A DNA stretch of 64,000 bases from contig WOZS01000014.1 of NCBI GenBank assembly GCA_011620135.1, forward strand, positions 130 to 64,129. Direction: 5' to 3'. Within the stretch, counting starts at the first letter, position 1, and each line of letters begins with the position of its first letter. The DNA comes from Gammaproteobacteria bacterium (GTDB lineage Bacteria; Pseudomonadota; Gammaproteobacteria; WOZS01). The notes under the pieces were generated by a model, which saw only the letters and a program-made list of their open reading frames with translations, did no database searches and was not told where the DNA came from. A program made the translations under genes and the position numbers. Shown piece by piece: positions 40,945 through 49,938 of the stretch.

Positions 40945-41988
40945 ATGAGCGCGGCTGCTCCACCCTATCTCCTTGGCGAGTTGGCCCGGCGTTTCGGATG
41001 CACCCTGGCGGGCCCTGCGCAATTGAGCATCGAAGGAGTTGGCGCGCTGCACCCGGGCCAGCCTGGCACCATTGCCTTTCTGGCCAATGGCAGATACCGC
41101 CGTCATCTGCATTCGAGCAGAGCAGCAGCGGTGGTGCTGCGTCCCGAGGACGCGGCAGAGTGCCGGTTGCCGGCCCTGATTCATGACAACCCATATCTGA
41201 TCTATGCCCATATTGCCACATTGTTTGCCCCCCCCGCGCCACGTCCCGAACCTGGCCGGCACGCCACGGCCTCTGTGGCCCGGGACGCCTGGGTGGCGCC
41301 CTCGGTCAGCATTGCCGCTCATGTCACCATCGGCAGTGAGGTGGTGCTGGCAGAGGGTGTGCTGGTGGGTCCAGGGTGCGTGGTGGAGCGTGGCGCCTGT
41401 CTGGGAGAAGGGACGGTGTTGGTGGGTATGTGTCACGTGGGTGCTGGGGTTACCATGGGAAAAAGATGTCATGTTCATCCGGGTGCCGTGATCGGTGCGG
41501 ATGGGTTCGGGTTTGCGAGAGGCCCCCAGGGGTGGCTCAAGATCCCCCAGCTGGGCTCTGTGGTGCTGGGTGATGAGGTTGAGGTGGGCGCCAACACCAC
41601 CATTGATCGGGGTGCCATAGACAACACCGAGCTTGCCGATGGCGTCAAGCTGGACAATCAGGTGCAGATCGGCCATAACGTGCGCATTGGCAAAGATACC
41701 GTGATAGCCGGCTGCACTGGCGTGGCGGGCAGCACGATCATTGGGGCGCGCTGCTTGATTGGCGGGGCGGTGGCCATAGGCGGACACCTGGAAATAGCCG
41801 ATGATGTAACGATCACCGGTATGAGCATGGTGACCCATTCCCTGCGTCATCCGGGTACCTATTCTTCTGGCATAGCCGCAGCCCCCAATCAAGTCTGGCG
41901 GCGCAACGCGGCTGCCTTTGCCCATCTGGATGAATTACGCCGCGAGGTGCGGCGCATGAGGCGTGGGAGGCTCCATGAGCAGGGGTGA
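40945..41988 (+). CDS. lpxD: UDP-3-O-(3-hydroxyacyl)glucosamine N-acyltransferase
   Basis: 347 aa with hexapeptide repeats. Conserved position within bamA-skp-lpxD-fabZ-lpxA. Confidence 0.93.
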   Translation: MSAAAPPYLLGELARRFGCTLAGPAQLSIEGVGALHPGQPGTIAFLANGRYRRHLHSSRAAAVVLRPEDAAECRLPALIHDNPYLIYAHIATLFAPPAPRPEPGRHATASVARDAWVAPSVSIAAHVTIGSEVVLAEGVLVGPGCVVERGACLGEGTVLVGMCHVGAGVTMGKRCHVHPGAVIGADGFGFARGPQGWLKIPQLGSVVLGDEVEVGANTTIDRGAIDNTELADGVKLDNQVQIGHNVRIGKDTVIAGCTGVAGSTIIGARCLIGGAVAIGGHLEIADDVTITGMSMVTHSLRHPGTYSSGIAAAPNQVWRRNAAAFAHLDELRREVRRMRRGRLHEQG

Positions 41989-42457
41989 GGTCTTGGATAT
42001 TCCGGCAATCATGATGCGCCTGCCGCATCGCTATCCATTCTTGCTGGTGGATCGGGTCACGGAGTGCGTGCCCGGAGACCGTATCTGTGCCGTCAAGAAT
42101 GTGTCGATCAACGAACCTTTCTTTCAGGGCCACTTTCCAGGACGGCCCCTGATGCCCGGCGTGCTGATCGTAGAGGCCATGGCCCAGGCCACGGGGATTC
42201 TGACCTACGAGACCGTCGGGGGTTCGGGTCAGGAGGACATCATTTACTATTTCGTGGGTATCGACAAGGCACGGTTCAAGCGTCCCGTCGAGCCGGGCGA
42301 CCAGCTGATACTGCGGGCCCAGCTCCTGAAAAGTCGCCATCAGGTATGGCGTTTTTCCGCAACGGCCCAGGTGGATGGTGAATTGTGTGCCGAGGCGGAA
42401 CTGATGTGTGCCGCGCGGCCCTATAGCGCCAGGGGGCAGACGAGGCACGGGACATGA
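41963..42457 (+). CDS. fabZ: 3-hydroxyacyl-[ACP] dehydratase
   Basis: LPHRYPFLLVDRV and HFPGRPLMPGVL motifs. The start is probably 41975. Confidence 0.93.
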   Translation: MGGSMSRGEVLDIPAIMMRLPHRYPFLLVDRVTECVPGDRICAVKNVSINEPFFQGHFPGRPLMPGVLIVEAMAQATGILTYETVGGSGQEDIIYYFVGIDKARFKRPVEPGDQLILRAQLLKSRHQVWRFSATAQVDGELCAEAELMCAARPYSARGQTRHGT

Positions 42458-43224
42458 TCGATGAGCGTGCGGTGATTCACCCGCGCTCTGCGATAGCAGC
42501 CGATGTCACCATCGGGCCCTATGCGATAGTGGGCGAAGGAGTCAGTATCGGCGAGGGTACCATCATCGGGCCTCACGCGGTGCTTTATGGGCCGACGCGT
42601 GTTGGCAGGCACAACCGCATCCATGCTTTTGCCTGTCTGGGAGGAGATCCCCAGGACAAAAAGTATGCTGGCGAGGAGAGCCTGCTGGAGATCGGTGATC
42701 ACAATACCATCAGGGAATATGTGACCATCAATCGTGGCACGGCTTTGGGGCGAGGGGTGACCATCATCGGTGATCACAACTGGATCATGGCCTATTGCCA
42801 TATTGCCCATGACTGTGTCTTGGGCAAAGGGATCGTCATGGCCAATGGCGCCTCGTTGGCTGGCCATGTGGAGATCCAGGACCATGCCGGTCTGGGCGGT
42901 TTCGTGCTGGTGCATCAACACTGCCGCATCGGTACCTATGCCTTCCTTGGCATGGGTTGTGCAATAACCAAGGACGTGCCGCCGTTTGTCTTGGTGGCAA
43001 CTGACCCGGTACAGCCCCGGGGCATCAATGTGGTGGGATTGCAGCGCCATGGTTTCAGCAAGGAACAGTTGGCCAGGCTTCGCCGGGCCTACCGGCTCAT
43101 CTACCGTTCAGGCAAGCGCCTGGATGAGGCCCGGGATGTGCTGGGCGACCTGGCTACAGGACAACCGGAGATCGCCGTCCTATGGAACTTTCTCAAGGAG
43201 CCCGGCAGAGGCATCCTGCGTTGA
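42454..43224 (+). CDS. lpxA: acyl-[ACP]--UDP-N-acetylglucosamine O-acyltransferase
   Basis: 256 aa with hexapeptide repeats and the LpxA C-terminal helical domain. Confidence 0.93.
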   Translation: MIDERAVIHPRSAIAADVTIGPYAIVGEGVSIGEGTIIGPHAVLYGPTRVGRHNRIHAFACLGGDPQDKKYAGEESLLEIGDHNTIREYVTINRGTALGRGVTIIGDHNWIMAYCHIAHDCVLGKGIVMANGASLAGHVEIQDHAGLGGFVLVHQHCRIGTYAFLGMGCAITKDVPPFVLVATDPVQPRGINVVGLQRHGFSKEQLARLRRAYRLIYRSGKRLDEARDVLGDLATGQPEIAVLWNFLKEPGRGILR

Positions 43225-43248
43225 TGCAGTCTGTTTCTGGTTCATGAC

Positions 43249-46200
43249 ATGAGGCCTGTGGATCTCCTGTGGGTGCTGATTGCCGCAGCATTGGTCTTTA
43301 CCATGCAGATGGGCTTTCTCTGTCTGGAAGCAGGCTTCACCCGCGCCAAGAACGCCATCAATGTGGCCATGAAGAATGCCCTCAACTTCATGATCACCAC
43401 GGTGGTTTTTTACCTGTTTGCCTTTGGGCTGATGTTCGGGCGCGACTGGGGTGGCCTGATTGGCCTGAGCTACCTGGCCATGCCATTCAGCGGCGATCAT
43501 CTGGCTCATGAGGCCATGTTCTTCGTCTTCCAGCTCATGTTCTGCGCCACTTCGGCCGCCATTGTGTCCGGTGCGGTGGCCGAGCGCATGCACCTCATTG
43601 GCTATGGGCTCACGACGCTGATGGTCACAGGTCTGATCTACCCCGTGTATGGTCACTGGGTGTGGGGGCAGGGACTGGATGCCTCCCACGCGGGATTTCT
43701 GGGGATAAGGGGCTTTATCGACTTTGCTGGATCCTCTGTGGTACACAGCGGGGGGGGTTGGGTATCATTGGCAGGGGTGCTGGTCCTGGGGCAGCGCACC
43801 GGCCGTTTCGATGCCCAGGGGCGCCCAGTGTCCATCCCGGGCAGCAACGTGCCCTTTGCCACCCTGGGCATGCTCATGCTCTTTTTCGGCTGGATAGGCT
43901 TCAACGGCGGCAGCACCCTGGCACTCAATGCCAGTGTGCCCATTATAATCACCAATACCCTTGTTGCAGGATGCTGTGGCTGCCTGGCGGCCACCGTCAT
44001 CGATCGGCTGCGTACCGGGCTGGTCTCGCCCGAGGCCCTGATCAATGGGGCCATCGCCGGTCTCGTGGCCATCACGGCCAACTGCCATGTGGTCAATACA
44101 CCGATTGCCATGATGATCGGTGCCGTTGGCGGAGTGATCATGCTCGTGGTGCAGGACATACTGTTGAGGCTGCGCATCGATGATGCTGTGGGCGCCATCC
44201 CAGCGCACCTGGGGCCCGGGATCTGGGGCACGCTGGCTGTGTTGTTTGGCGACAAGGCGCTGATTGGCACGGGCCTGAGTCGCATGGATCAGCTCTGGGT
44301 GCAACTCTTTGGCATCGTCATCTGTGGCACATGGTGCTTCGGGGTGGGCTTTCTCATCCTCTGGACAACAAACCGGATCAGGCCCTTGCGCATCACGAAG
44401 GAGGATGAATACCAGGGCCTGAATGTGACCGAGCATGGGGCTACCACCGAACTGATCGATCTGTTGCAGGTCATGGAAGCACAAGCACAGGAGCAAACGG
44501 CCGATCTCTCCAGGCGTGCCCCAGAGGAGCCCTTTACCGAGGTGGGGCAGATCGCCAAGCTGTACAATCGGGTTCTTGACAGCCTGGAGCGGGCCACCGC
44601 CAGGGCCTCGGCCATCGTACGCGATATGCGTGATGCGGTCTTGACGCTGGCCCCCACCGGGGCTGTCATGTCCATGAACCCCGCAGCCCAACAGTTGTTT
44701 GGTAAAACCGAAAGCGAGCTTTGCGGCACCCCGCTGGACATGTGGCTGTCGGCCGATGAGGGCAACCACCAGCCCGTGGATCTGATCCAGAAGTTTATTA
44801 TGGCCCAGCAGCAGGATGTCGCCCTGGGGGTGGATGTTCTCGAGTGTCTGGCCAGGACGGCAAGCGGGCCATGCCCCGTGGAGGTCTCCTTTGGGCAGGC
44901 CATGAACGAGGAGGGTTTTCTCACGGCGGTGATCCGTGACGTCCGTGCCCGGCGCCAGGCGGCGGATCAGCTGTATGCCGAAAAACAGCTGGCCGAGTTT
45001 GCGCTGCAGACCACCGGTGATGCGGTGGTGCGTTGCGACAAGAATCGTCGCATCACCTACATGAATCCCATCGCCGAGGGCTTGACCGGGATACCCATGA
45101 GGGATGCGCTCCTGCGCCCACTGCTGGAGGTGGTGCAATTGGCTCATGACGAGGCCGGTAACACCCTCGTCGACCCACTTTCCTTTGCAAAGCAGCGGCC
45201 CACAATGTCTCCCGGCGACTATTTCTGGCTGATCCATCGCGATGGAGCCAAAAGGGCGGTGACCTTTTCCGCTGCCGCCATTCCCGATGCGCACGGTCAC
45301 CTGACAGGCTTTGTCCTGGTGGTGCGCGACATGAGCGAGCAGTACAGGATTACCCGAACGCTGTCGGATCAGGCTGATCATGATCAGCTCACGGGTCTGG
45401 CCAATCGCCGCAAATTCGAGCGAGAGCTGGAAAGCACGCTGGGGATGCTCCGGGACATGGTTCCCTCCTCCCCGGGTTCTGTCCTGGCATTCATCGACCT
45501 GGATCGCTTCAAGATCGTCAACGATACATGCGGTCATCTGGCCGGGGACGCCCTGCTCAAGGACATCAGCAGTCTGCTCAACAAGGAAATCATTCACATC
45601 CGCAATACCGACCTATTGGCCCGGCTGGGTGGGGACGAGTTTGCCGTACTGCTGCGGGATTGTCCTGTGGACAAGGCGGTGGAGCTGGCCAATGGCTGGC
45701 TGCAGGCTCTGCGCGCCTTTCGCTTTCACTGGAATGGGCGGACCTTTTCCATTGGCGCCAGCATCGGCCTGGTGCGCCTCGATGGCTCGTCCAGCCTCAA
45801 ACAGATGCTGGCCGATGCCGATGCAGCCTGTTATGCCGCCAAGACCTCCGGTCGCGATCAGGTGCATGTCTATCGGCAGGACGACCGCCAGTTGGCGGCC
45901 CTGCGCCGGGAGCAGAGCTGGGCGCAGCGGATCACAGAAGCCCTGGAGCAGCACCGCTTTCGACTCTATACCCAAAAGGTGATGCCCACAGGAGCCACCC
46001 CTCTCTTGCAGCCCTATGAAGAGGTGATGGTGCGCATGGTAGTGGAGAACGAGGAGATCATCTCTCCCGAGGCCTTTCTTCCGGCTGCCGAGCGCTTCAA
46101 TCTGTCCAGCGCCATCGATCGTTGCGTCATCGAGGAGTTTTTTGATTTTCTTGCCCACCAATCCCCGGATGAACTCCAGGGCCCCTATTCGCTGAATCTC

Positions 46201-46689
46201 TCTGGGTCATCCCTGGAAAACAAGGAACTGCTTGGAGAGATCGAGCACTTTTTGCAGTGCCATCCCCATCTGCATGGCCTGGTGTGGTTCGAGGTAGCCG
46301 AACAGCACGCACTGTCCCGCCTCGACGAGGCCGTACGCTTCATGCAGGCCCTGGCACAGTACGGCTGCCGCTTTACCATCGACCATTTCGGGACCAGTTC
46401 CGGATCCATTGCACAGCTGGGTATGCTGCCGGTGCATATCCTCAAGTTTGACCCACAGCTCATCGTGCATGCCATCGGCAACGAGGACCGCTTTCGGCTC
46501 GTCCTGGCGTTGAACCAGCTGGCTCATGCCCTGGAAATGTATTCCGTGGTCAAGTTCATCGAGGACCCGGTTACCCTGGATCGGATCAAACGCTTTGGCG
46601 TGGATTATGTCCAAGGACAGGCTGTCGCCCCCATTGTCCCGTTGGGCTTGTCGGCACAAGAGACAAGCAGTTCATACCCCATACCATAG
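43249..46689 (+). CDS. multidomain signalling protein: N-terminal Amt/MEP ammonium-transporter domain (about 400 aa, 11 TM segments) fused to a PAS region, a GGDEF domain and a degenerate EAL domain
   Basis: 1146 aa. Amt signatures: FDFAGSSVVHSGGGWVSLAGVLVLGQR and IDDAVGAIPAHLGPGIWGTLAVLF, with both pore histidines present. Cytoplasmic part: PAS-like segments, the I-site RNTD, LARLGGDEFAVLL, and an EAL-fold region with substitutions (EVM for EAL, DHFGTS for DDFGTG, EDPV for EGVE). Confidence 0.85.
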   Translation: MRPVDLLWVLIAAALVFTMQMGFLCLEAGFTRAKNAINVAMKNALNFMITTVVFYLFAFGLMFGRDWGGLIGLSYLAMPFSGDHLAHEAMFFVFQLMFCATSAAIVSGAVAERMHLIGYGLTTLMVTGLIYPVYGHWVWGQGLDASHAGFLGIRGFIDFAGSSVVHSGGGWVSLAGVLVLGQRTGRFDAQGRPVSIPGSNVPFATLGMLMLFFGWIGFNGGSTLALNASVPIIITNTLVAGCCGCLAATVIDRLRTGLVSPEALINGAIAGLVAITANCHVVNTPIAMMIGAVGGVIMLVVQDILLRLRIDDAVGAIPAHLGPGIWGTLAVLFGDKALIGTGLSRMDQLWVQLFGIVICGTWCFGVGFLILWTTNRIRPLRITKEDEYQGLNVTEHGATTELIDLLQVMEAQAQEQTADLSRRAPEEPFTEVGQIAKLYNRVLDSLERATARASAIVRDMRDAVLTLAPTGAVMSMNPAAQQLFGKTESELCGTPLDMWLSADEGNHQPVDLIQKFIMAQQQDVALGVDVLECLARTASGPCPVEVSFGQAMNEEGFLTAVIRDVRARRQAADQLYAEKQLAEFALQTTGDAVVRCDKNRRITYMNPIAEGLTGIPMRDALLRPLLEVVQLAHDEAGNTLVDPLSFAKQRPTMSPGDYFWLIHRDGAKRAVTFSAAAIPDAHGHLTGFVLVVRDMSEQYRITRTLSDQADHDQLTGLANRRKFERELESTLGMLRDMVPSSPGSVLAFIDLDRFKIVNDTCGHLAGDALLKDISSLLNKEIIHIRNTDLLARLGGDEFAVLLRDCPVDKAVELANGWLQALRAFRFHWNGRTFSIGASIGLVRLDGSSSLKQMLADADAACYAAKTSGRDQVHVYRQDDRQLAALRREQSWAQRITEALEQHRFRLYTQKVMPTGATPLLQPYEEVMVRMVVENEEIISPEAFLPAAERFNLSSAIDRCVIEEFFDFLAHQSPDELQGPYSLNLSGSSLENKELLGEIEHFLQCHPHLHGLVWFEVAEQHALSRLDEAVRFMQALAQYGCRFTIDHFGTSSGSIAQLGMLPVHILKFDPQLIVHAIGNEDRFRLVLALNQLAHALEMYSVVKFIEDPVTLDRIKRFGVDYVQGQAVAPIVPLGLSAQETSSSYPIP

Positions 46690-46698
46690 TGTCCGGAG

Positions 46699-49600
46699 AT
46701 GAGCGCTGACCTCGAGACCAGCCGGCACGCAGCGCTGCGCTGTGACCTGGAGCCTGAGGCAACCCTGGCGGACATGGTGCTGGCCGAGGCGCATTGTGAC
46801 GACGCCATGCGCCAGCGCATCTTCCTGCGCGGCACAGCATTGGTGTCCCTCCTGCGTCATCATCCCCCCCGGGGCCTGGATGCCTTGTTGCATACCTATG
46901 CCCTGGATACCAGGGAAGGGATTGCCCTGTTGTGCCTGGCCGAAAGCCTGTTGCGCATTCCCGATGAGGCCACCTGTGAGCAGCTCATTGCCGAACGGCT
47001 GAGCAGCGGGGCCTGGGAGCGTGCCAAGGCGGAAGACTTCTGGGCCCATGCCTCGGTGTGGGGCTTGATGTTGGGTACGCGCTTTGTGGATATGCGCCTC
47101 GAACCCGGGAGCATGCTGCGCCGGCTGATGGGCAGATTGGGGGAGAGCGTGGTGCGCCGGGCGGTGGTTCAGGCGGTGCGCCTGATGGCCCGGCAGTTCA
47201 TCGTGGGCCGCACCATCACAGAGGCTCTGGAGCGTGCCGACCAGGAGGGCTTTCCGTGCTGCTCGTTCGACATGCTTGGCGAGGCCGCACGAACCCGTGA
47301 GGATGCTGAGCGCTATTTCATGGCCTACCAGCGCGCCATTGGTACCATTGGTGCTCGCTGCCAGGGCAGCAAGTCCCCTGCTGTGAGTCATGGCATTTCC
47401 ATCAAGCTTTCGGCTCTGGAACCGCGCTTCGAGCCCTTTCATTTACCCCATGTCCTACCGGGACTGATCGAACGGGTCCGGCTCTTGGTGGAGCATGCCG
47501 CGGCCTATGGCCTGGGGGTGACGCTGGATGCCGAGGAGAGCTGGCGGCTCGATGGCACCTTGCAGGTCTTCGAGGCCTTGCTGGCCAAGCCGGGACTGGC
47601 CCACGCCCATGGCCTGGGACTGGCCGTCCAGGCCTACCAGAAGCGCGCCTTTGCTCTGGTGGGCTATCTGATCGAGCTTGCGCGCGCCCGCAACAGGCGC
47701 ATCACGATCCGCCTGGTGAAGGGGGCTTATTGGGATACCGAGATCAAGCGGGCCCAGATGCTGGGACTGGATGGCTATCCGGTGTGGACGCGCAAGGCGG
47801 CCACCGACTGTTCCTATCTCGCCTGCGCAAAGCGCCTGTTGGCGGCACGGGATGTGCTCTATCCCCAGTTTGCCACCCACAATGCGCATACGGCCGCAGC
47901 CATTCTGGAGCTGGCCGCAGGACACGTGGCAGGGTTTGAACTGCAGCGCCTCCACGGCATGGGCGAGGCCCTCTATGCGGCCATGCCCGAAGTGCCCCAT
48001 CGGGTCTATGCCCCGGTGGGCTCCTATGAGGAATTGTTGCCCTATCTGGTGCGCCGCCTCCTGGAAAACGGTGCCAACACCTCGTTCATCAACCGCATTG
48101 CCGACGCCACCTTGCCCATCGCGACACTGCTGCAGGATCCGGCCGAGGCGCTTGCCGCCTGTGAGCCCAAGCCGCACCCAGGTATCCCTCTGCCTCGCCT
48201 GATTTTTCCCGATCGCCTGGCCGCCCAGGGGCTCGACCTTGCCAATCCAGTGGTGGCAGATCCCCTGTGGATCGCCGTTCAGGGCGCTCGCCACAGATAC
48301 TGGCACGGTTCATCCATCATTGCTGGCCTGCCAGTGTCCCAGCGTCATGCAAGCCCATGTGCCAGCCCGGCCGATCAGGGCCATATCCTGGGCAACAGTG
48401 TTTCCGCAACACCCCAGGACTGTGAGCAGGCCATGGCTACCGCCCATGCCGGCTTCGCGTCGTGGGCGCTGCAGGCGGTGCAAGAGCGTGCCGCCATTCT
48501 GGAACGAGCCGCCCAGCGTCTGGAAGCCGATTATGCCCCATGGCTGGCCTTGCTGATGCTGGAGGGTGGCAAGACCATGAGCGACGCCCTGGGGGAGGTG
48601 CGCGAGGCTGTGGATTTCTTGCGCTTTTATGCCCTGCAGGCAAGGCGCCTTTTGGCTGGACCCAGGATGATGCCTGGCCCCACCGGCGAGGAGAATCAAC
48701 TGTGGCTGGCGCCCCGCGGCGTGTTCGTCTGCATCAGCCCATGGAATTTTCCCCTGTCGATTTTTCTGGGCCAGATCAGTGCTGCTCTTGTGTGCGGCAA
48801 TGCTGTGGTGGCCAAGCCGGCCGAGGAGACGCCGCTGGTGGCGACGGCCGCCATCCGCTTGCTTCTTGAATGTGGCGTGCCTGGCGATGTCATCCAGCTG
48901 GTGCTGGGTAATGGCCCGGAGGTGGGCGAACCACTGCTCAAGGATCCCCGTCTTGCAGGTGTTGTCTTTACTGGCGGTACGGCAACCGCCTGGCGCATCC
49001 AGGCCGTGCTCAGCCAGCGTCGTGGCGCGGTGGTGCCTTTCATCGCCGAGACGGGGGGGCAAAATGGCATGATCGTGGACGCCAGTGCCCTGCCCGAGCA
49101 GGTGATTGACGATATCATCTGGAGCGCCTTTGGGGCTGCCGGCCAGCGCTGTTCGGCGCTACGGGTGTTGTGCGTGCAGGAGGAGCTGGCACCGCGGCTG
49201 CTTGCCCTGCTGCAGGGTGCCATGGCCACCCTGCATGTGGGGCATCCCCTGACGCCGCACACCGACATCGGTCCTGTGATCTCCAGTGCCGCCGCCCATG
49301 CCCTGGAGGAACATGCCCAGCGCATGGCCCAGGTGGCACAACCCATCGGCCATACTCCTCTGCCCGTTTTCCTGCCGGATGGACATTATGTGGCTCCCAG
49401 GGCCTTTTTGCTCGAGGATCTGGGCATGCTGCAAGGCGAGGTTTTTGGCCCCATGCTCCACGTGTGCACCTTCCCCCATGACAGGCTCGAAGAACAGGTG
49501 CTGGCCCTCAACGCCACAGGCTATGGTCTGACCATGGGGGTGCACAGCCGGCTGCAGAGCACCATCGAGACCGTGCGGCGCACAGCCCGGGTGGGTAACC

Positions 49601-49788
49601 TGTATGTGAACCGTTGCATGGTGGGCGCAACCGTGGAGTCCCAGCCCTTCGGCGGCGAGGGGCTGTCAGGCACCGGCCCCAAGGCCGGCGGCCCGCACTA
49701 TCTGTTGCGCTTCCTGACGGAGCGCAGCGTTTCTATCAACACCACAGCCTGGGGCGGCAACGCAACCCTCATGAGTCTTGCGGAGTAG
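46699..49788 (+). CDS. putA: bifunctional proline dehydrogenase / L-glutamate-gamma-semialdehyde dehydrogenase PutA (no N-terminal DNA-binding domain)
   Basis: 1029 aa. A PRODH barrel is followed by an aldehyde dehydrogenase domain (FTGGTATAW, ETGGQN, catalytic Cys in GQRCSA). Confidence 0.9.
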   Translation: MSADLETSRHAALRCDLEPEATLADMVLAEAHCDDAMRQRIFLRGTALVSLLRHHPPRGLDALLHTYALDTREGIALLCLAESLLRIPDEATCEQLIAERLSSGAWERAKAEDFWAHASVWGLMLGTRFVDMRLEPGSMLRRLMGRLGESVVRRAVVQAVRLMARQFIVGRTITEALERADQEGFPCCSFDMLGEAARTREDAERYFMAYQRAIGTIGARCQGSKSPAVSHGISIKLSALEPRFEPFHLPHVLPGLIERVRLLVEHAAAYGLGVTLDAEESWRLDGTLQVFEALLAKPGLAHAHGLGLAVQAYQKRAFALVGYLIELARARNRRITIRLVKGAYWDTEIKRAQMLGLDGYPVWTRKAATDCSYLACAKRLLAARDVLYPQFATHNAHTAAAILELAAGHVAGFELQRLHGMGEALYAAMPEVPHRVYAPVGSYEELLPYLVRRLLENGANTSFINRIADATLPIATLLQDPAEALAACEPKPHPGIPLPRLIFPDRLAAQGLDLANPVVADPLWIAVQGARHRYWHGSSIIAGLPVSQRHASPCASPADQGHILGNSVSATPQDCEQAMATAHAGFASWALQAVQERAAILERAAQRLEADYAPWLALLMLEGGKTMSDALGEVREAVDFLRFYALQARRLLAGPRMMPGPTGEENQLWLAPRGVFVCISPWNFPLSIFLGQISAALVCGNAVVAKPAEETPLVATAAIRLLLECGVPGDVIQLVLGNGPEVGEPLLKDPRLAGVVFTGGTATAWRIQAVLSQRRGAVVPFIAETGGQNGMIVDASALPEQVIDDIIWSAFGAAGQRCSALRVLCVQEELAPRLLALLQGAMATLHVGHPLTPHTDIGPVISSAAAHALEEHAQRMAQVAQPIGHTPLPVFLPDGHYVAPRAFLLEDLGMLQGEVFGPMLHVCTFPHDRLEEQVLALNATGYGLTMGVHSRLQSTIETVRRTARVGNLYVNRCMVGATVESQPFGGEGLSGTGPKAGGPHYLLRFLTERSVSINTTAWGGNATLMSLAE

Positions 49789-49938
49789 ACAAGGGTCTCG
49801 AGATAACGTGCGATGGAGCCTGACCAGAACCGCGGTTCCCTCCGGGATTTTCCCGGGAGAAAGGGCTTGGGGCCTTGTCCTGTCCAGGACAGCACCCGGG
49901 AGCGCAGAGGGGCGCGGTGGAGCAATGGAGTATATGGG

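Noticed and set aside
38235-41925. Long minus-strand ORFs (38235..39401, 39480..40190, 40333..41925) opposite bamA, skp and lpxD
   Set aside because: These lie antisense to highly conserved genes and have no recognisable motifs. They are GC-rich shadow frames.
43765-45597. 610-aa antisense ORF inside the Amt-GGDEF-EAL gene
   Set aside because: It is a shadow ORF typical of GC-rich DNA. The sense-strand frame carries contiguous Amt, GGDEF and EAL motifs.
49880-49892. Palindrome CTGTCCaGGACAG between convergent putA and the TerD gene as an intrinsic terminator
   Set aside because: The stem is short with a 1-nt loop and has no flanking T/A tract on either strand. It is not a convincing Rho-independent terminator.
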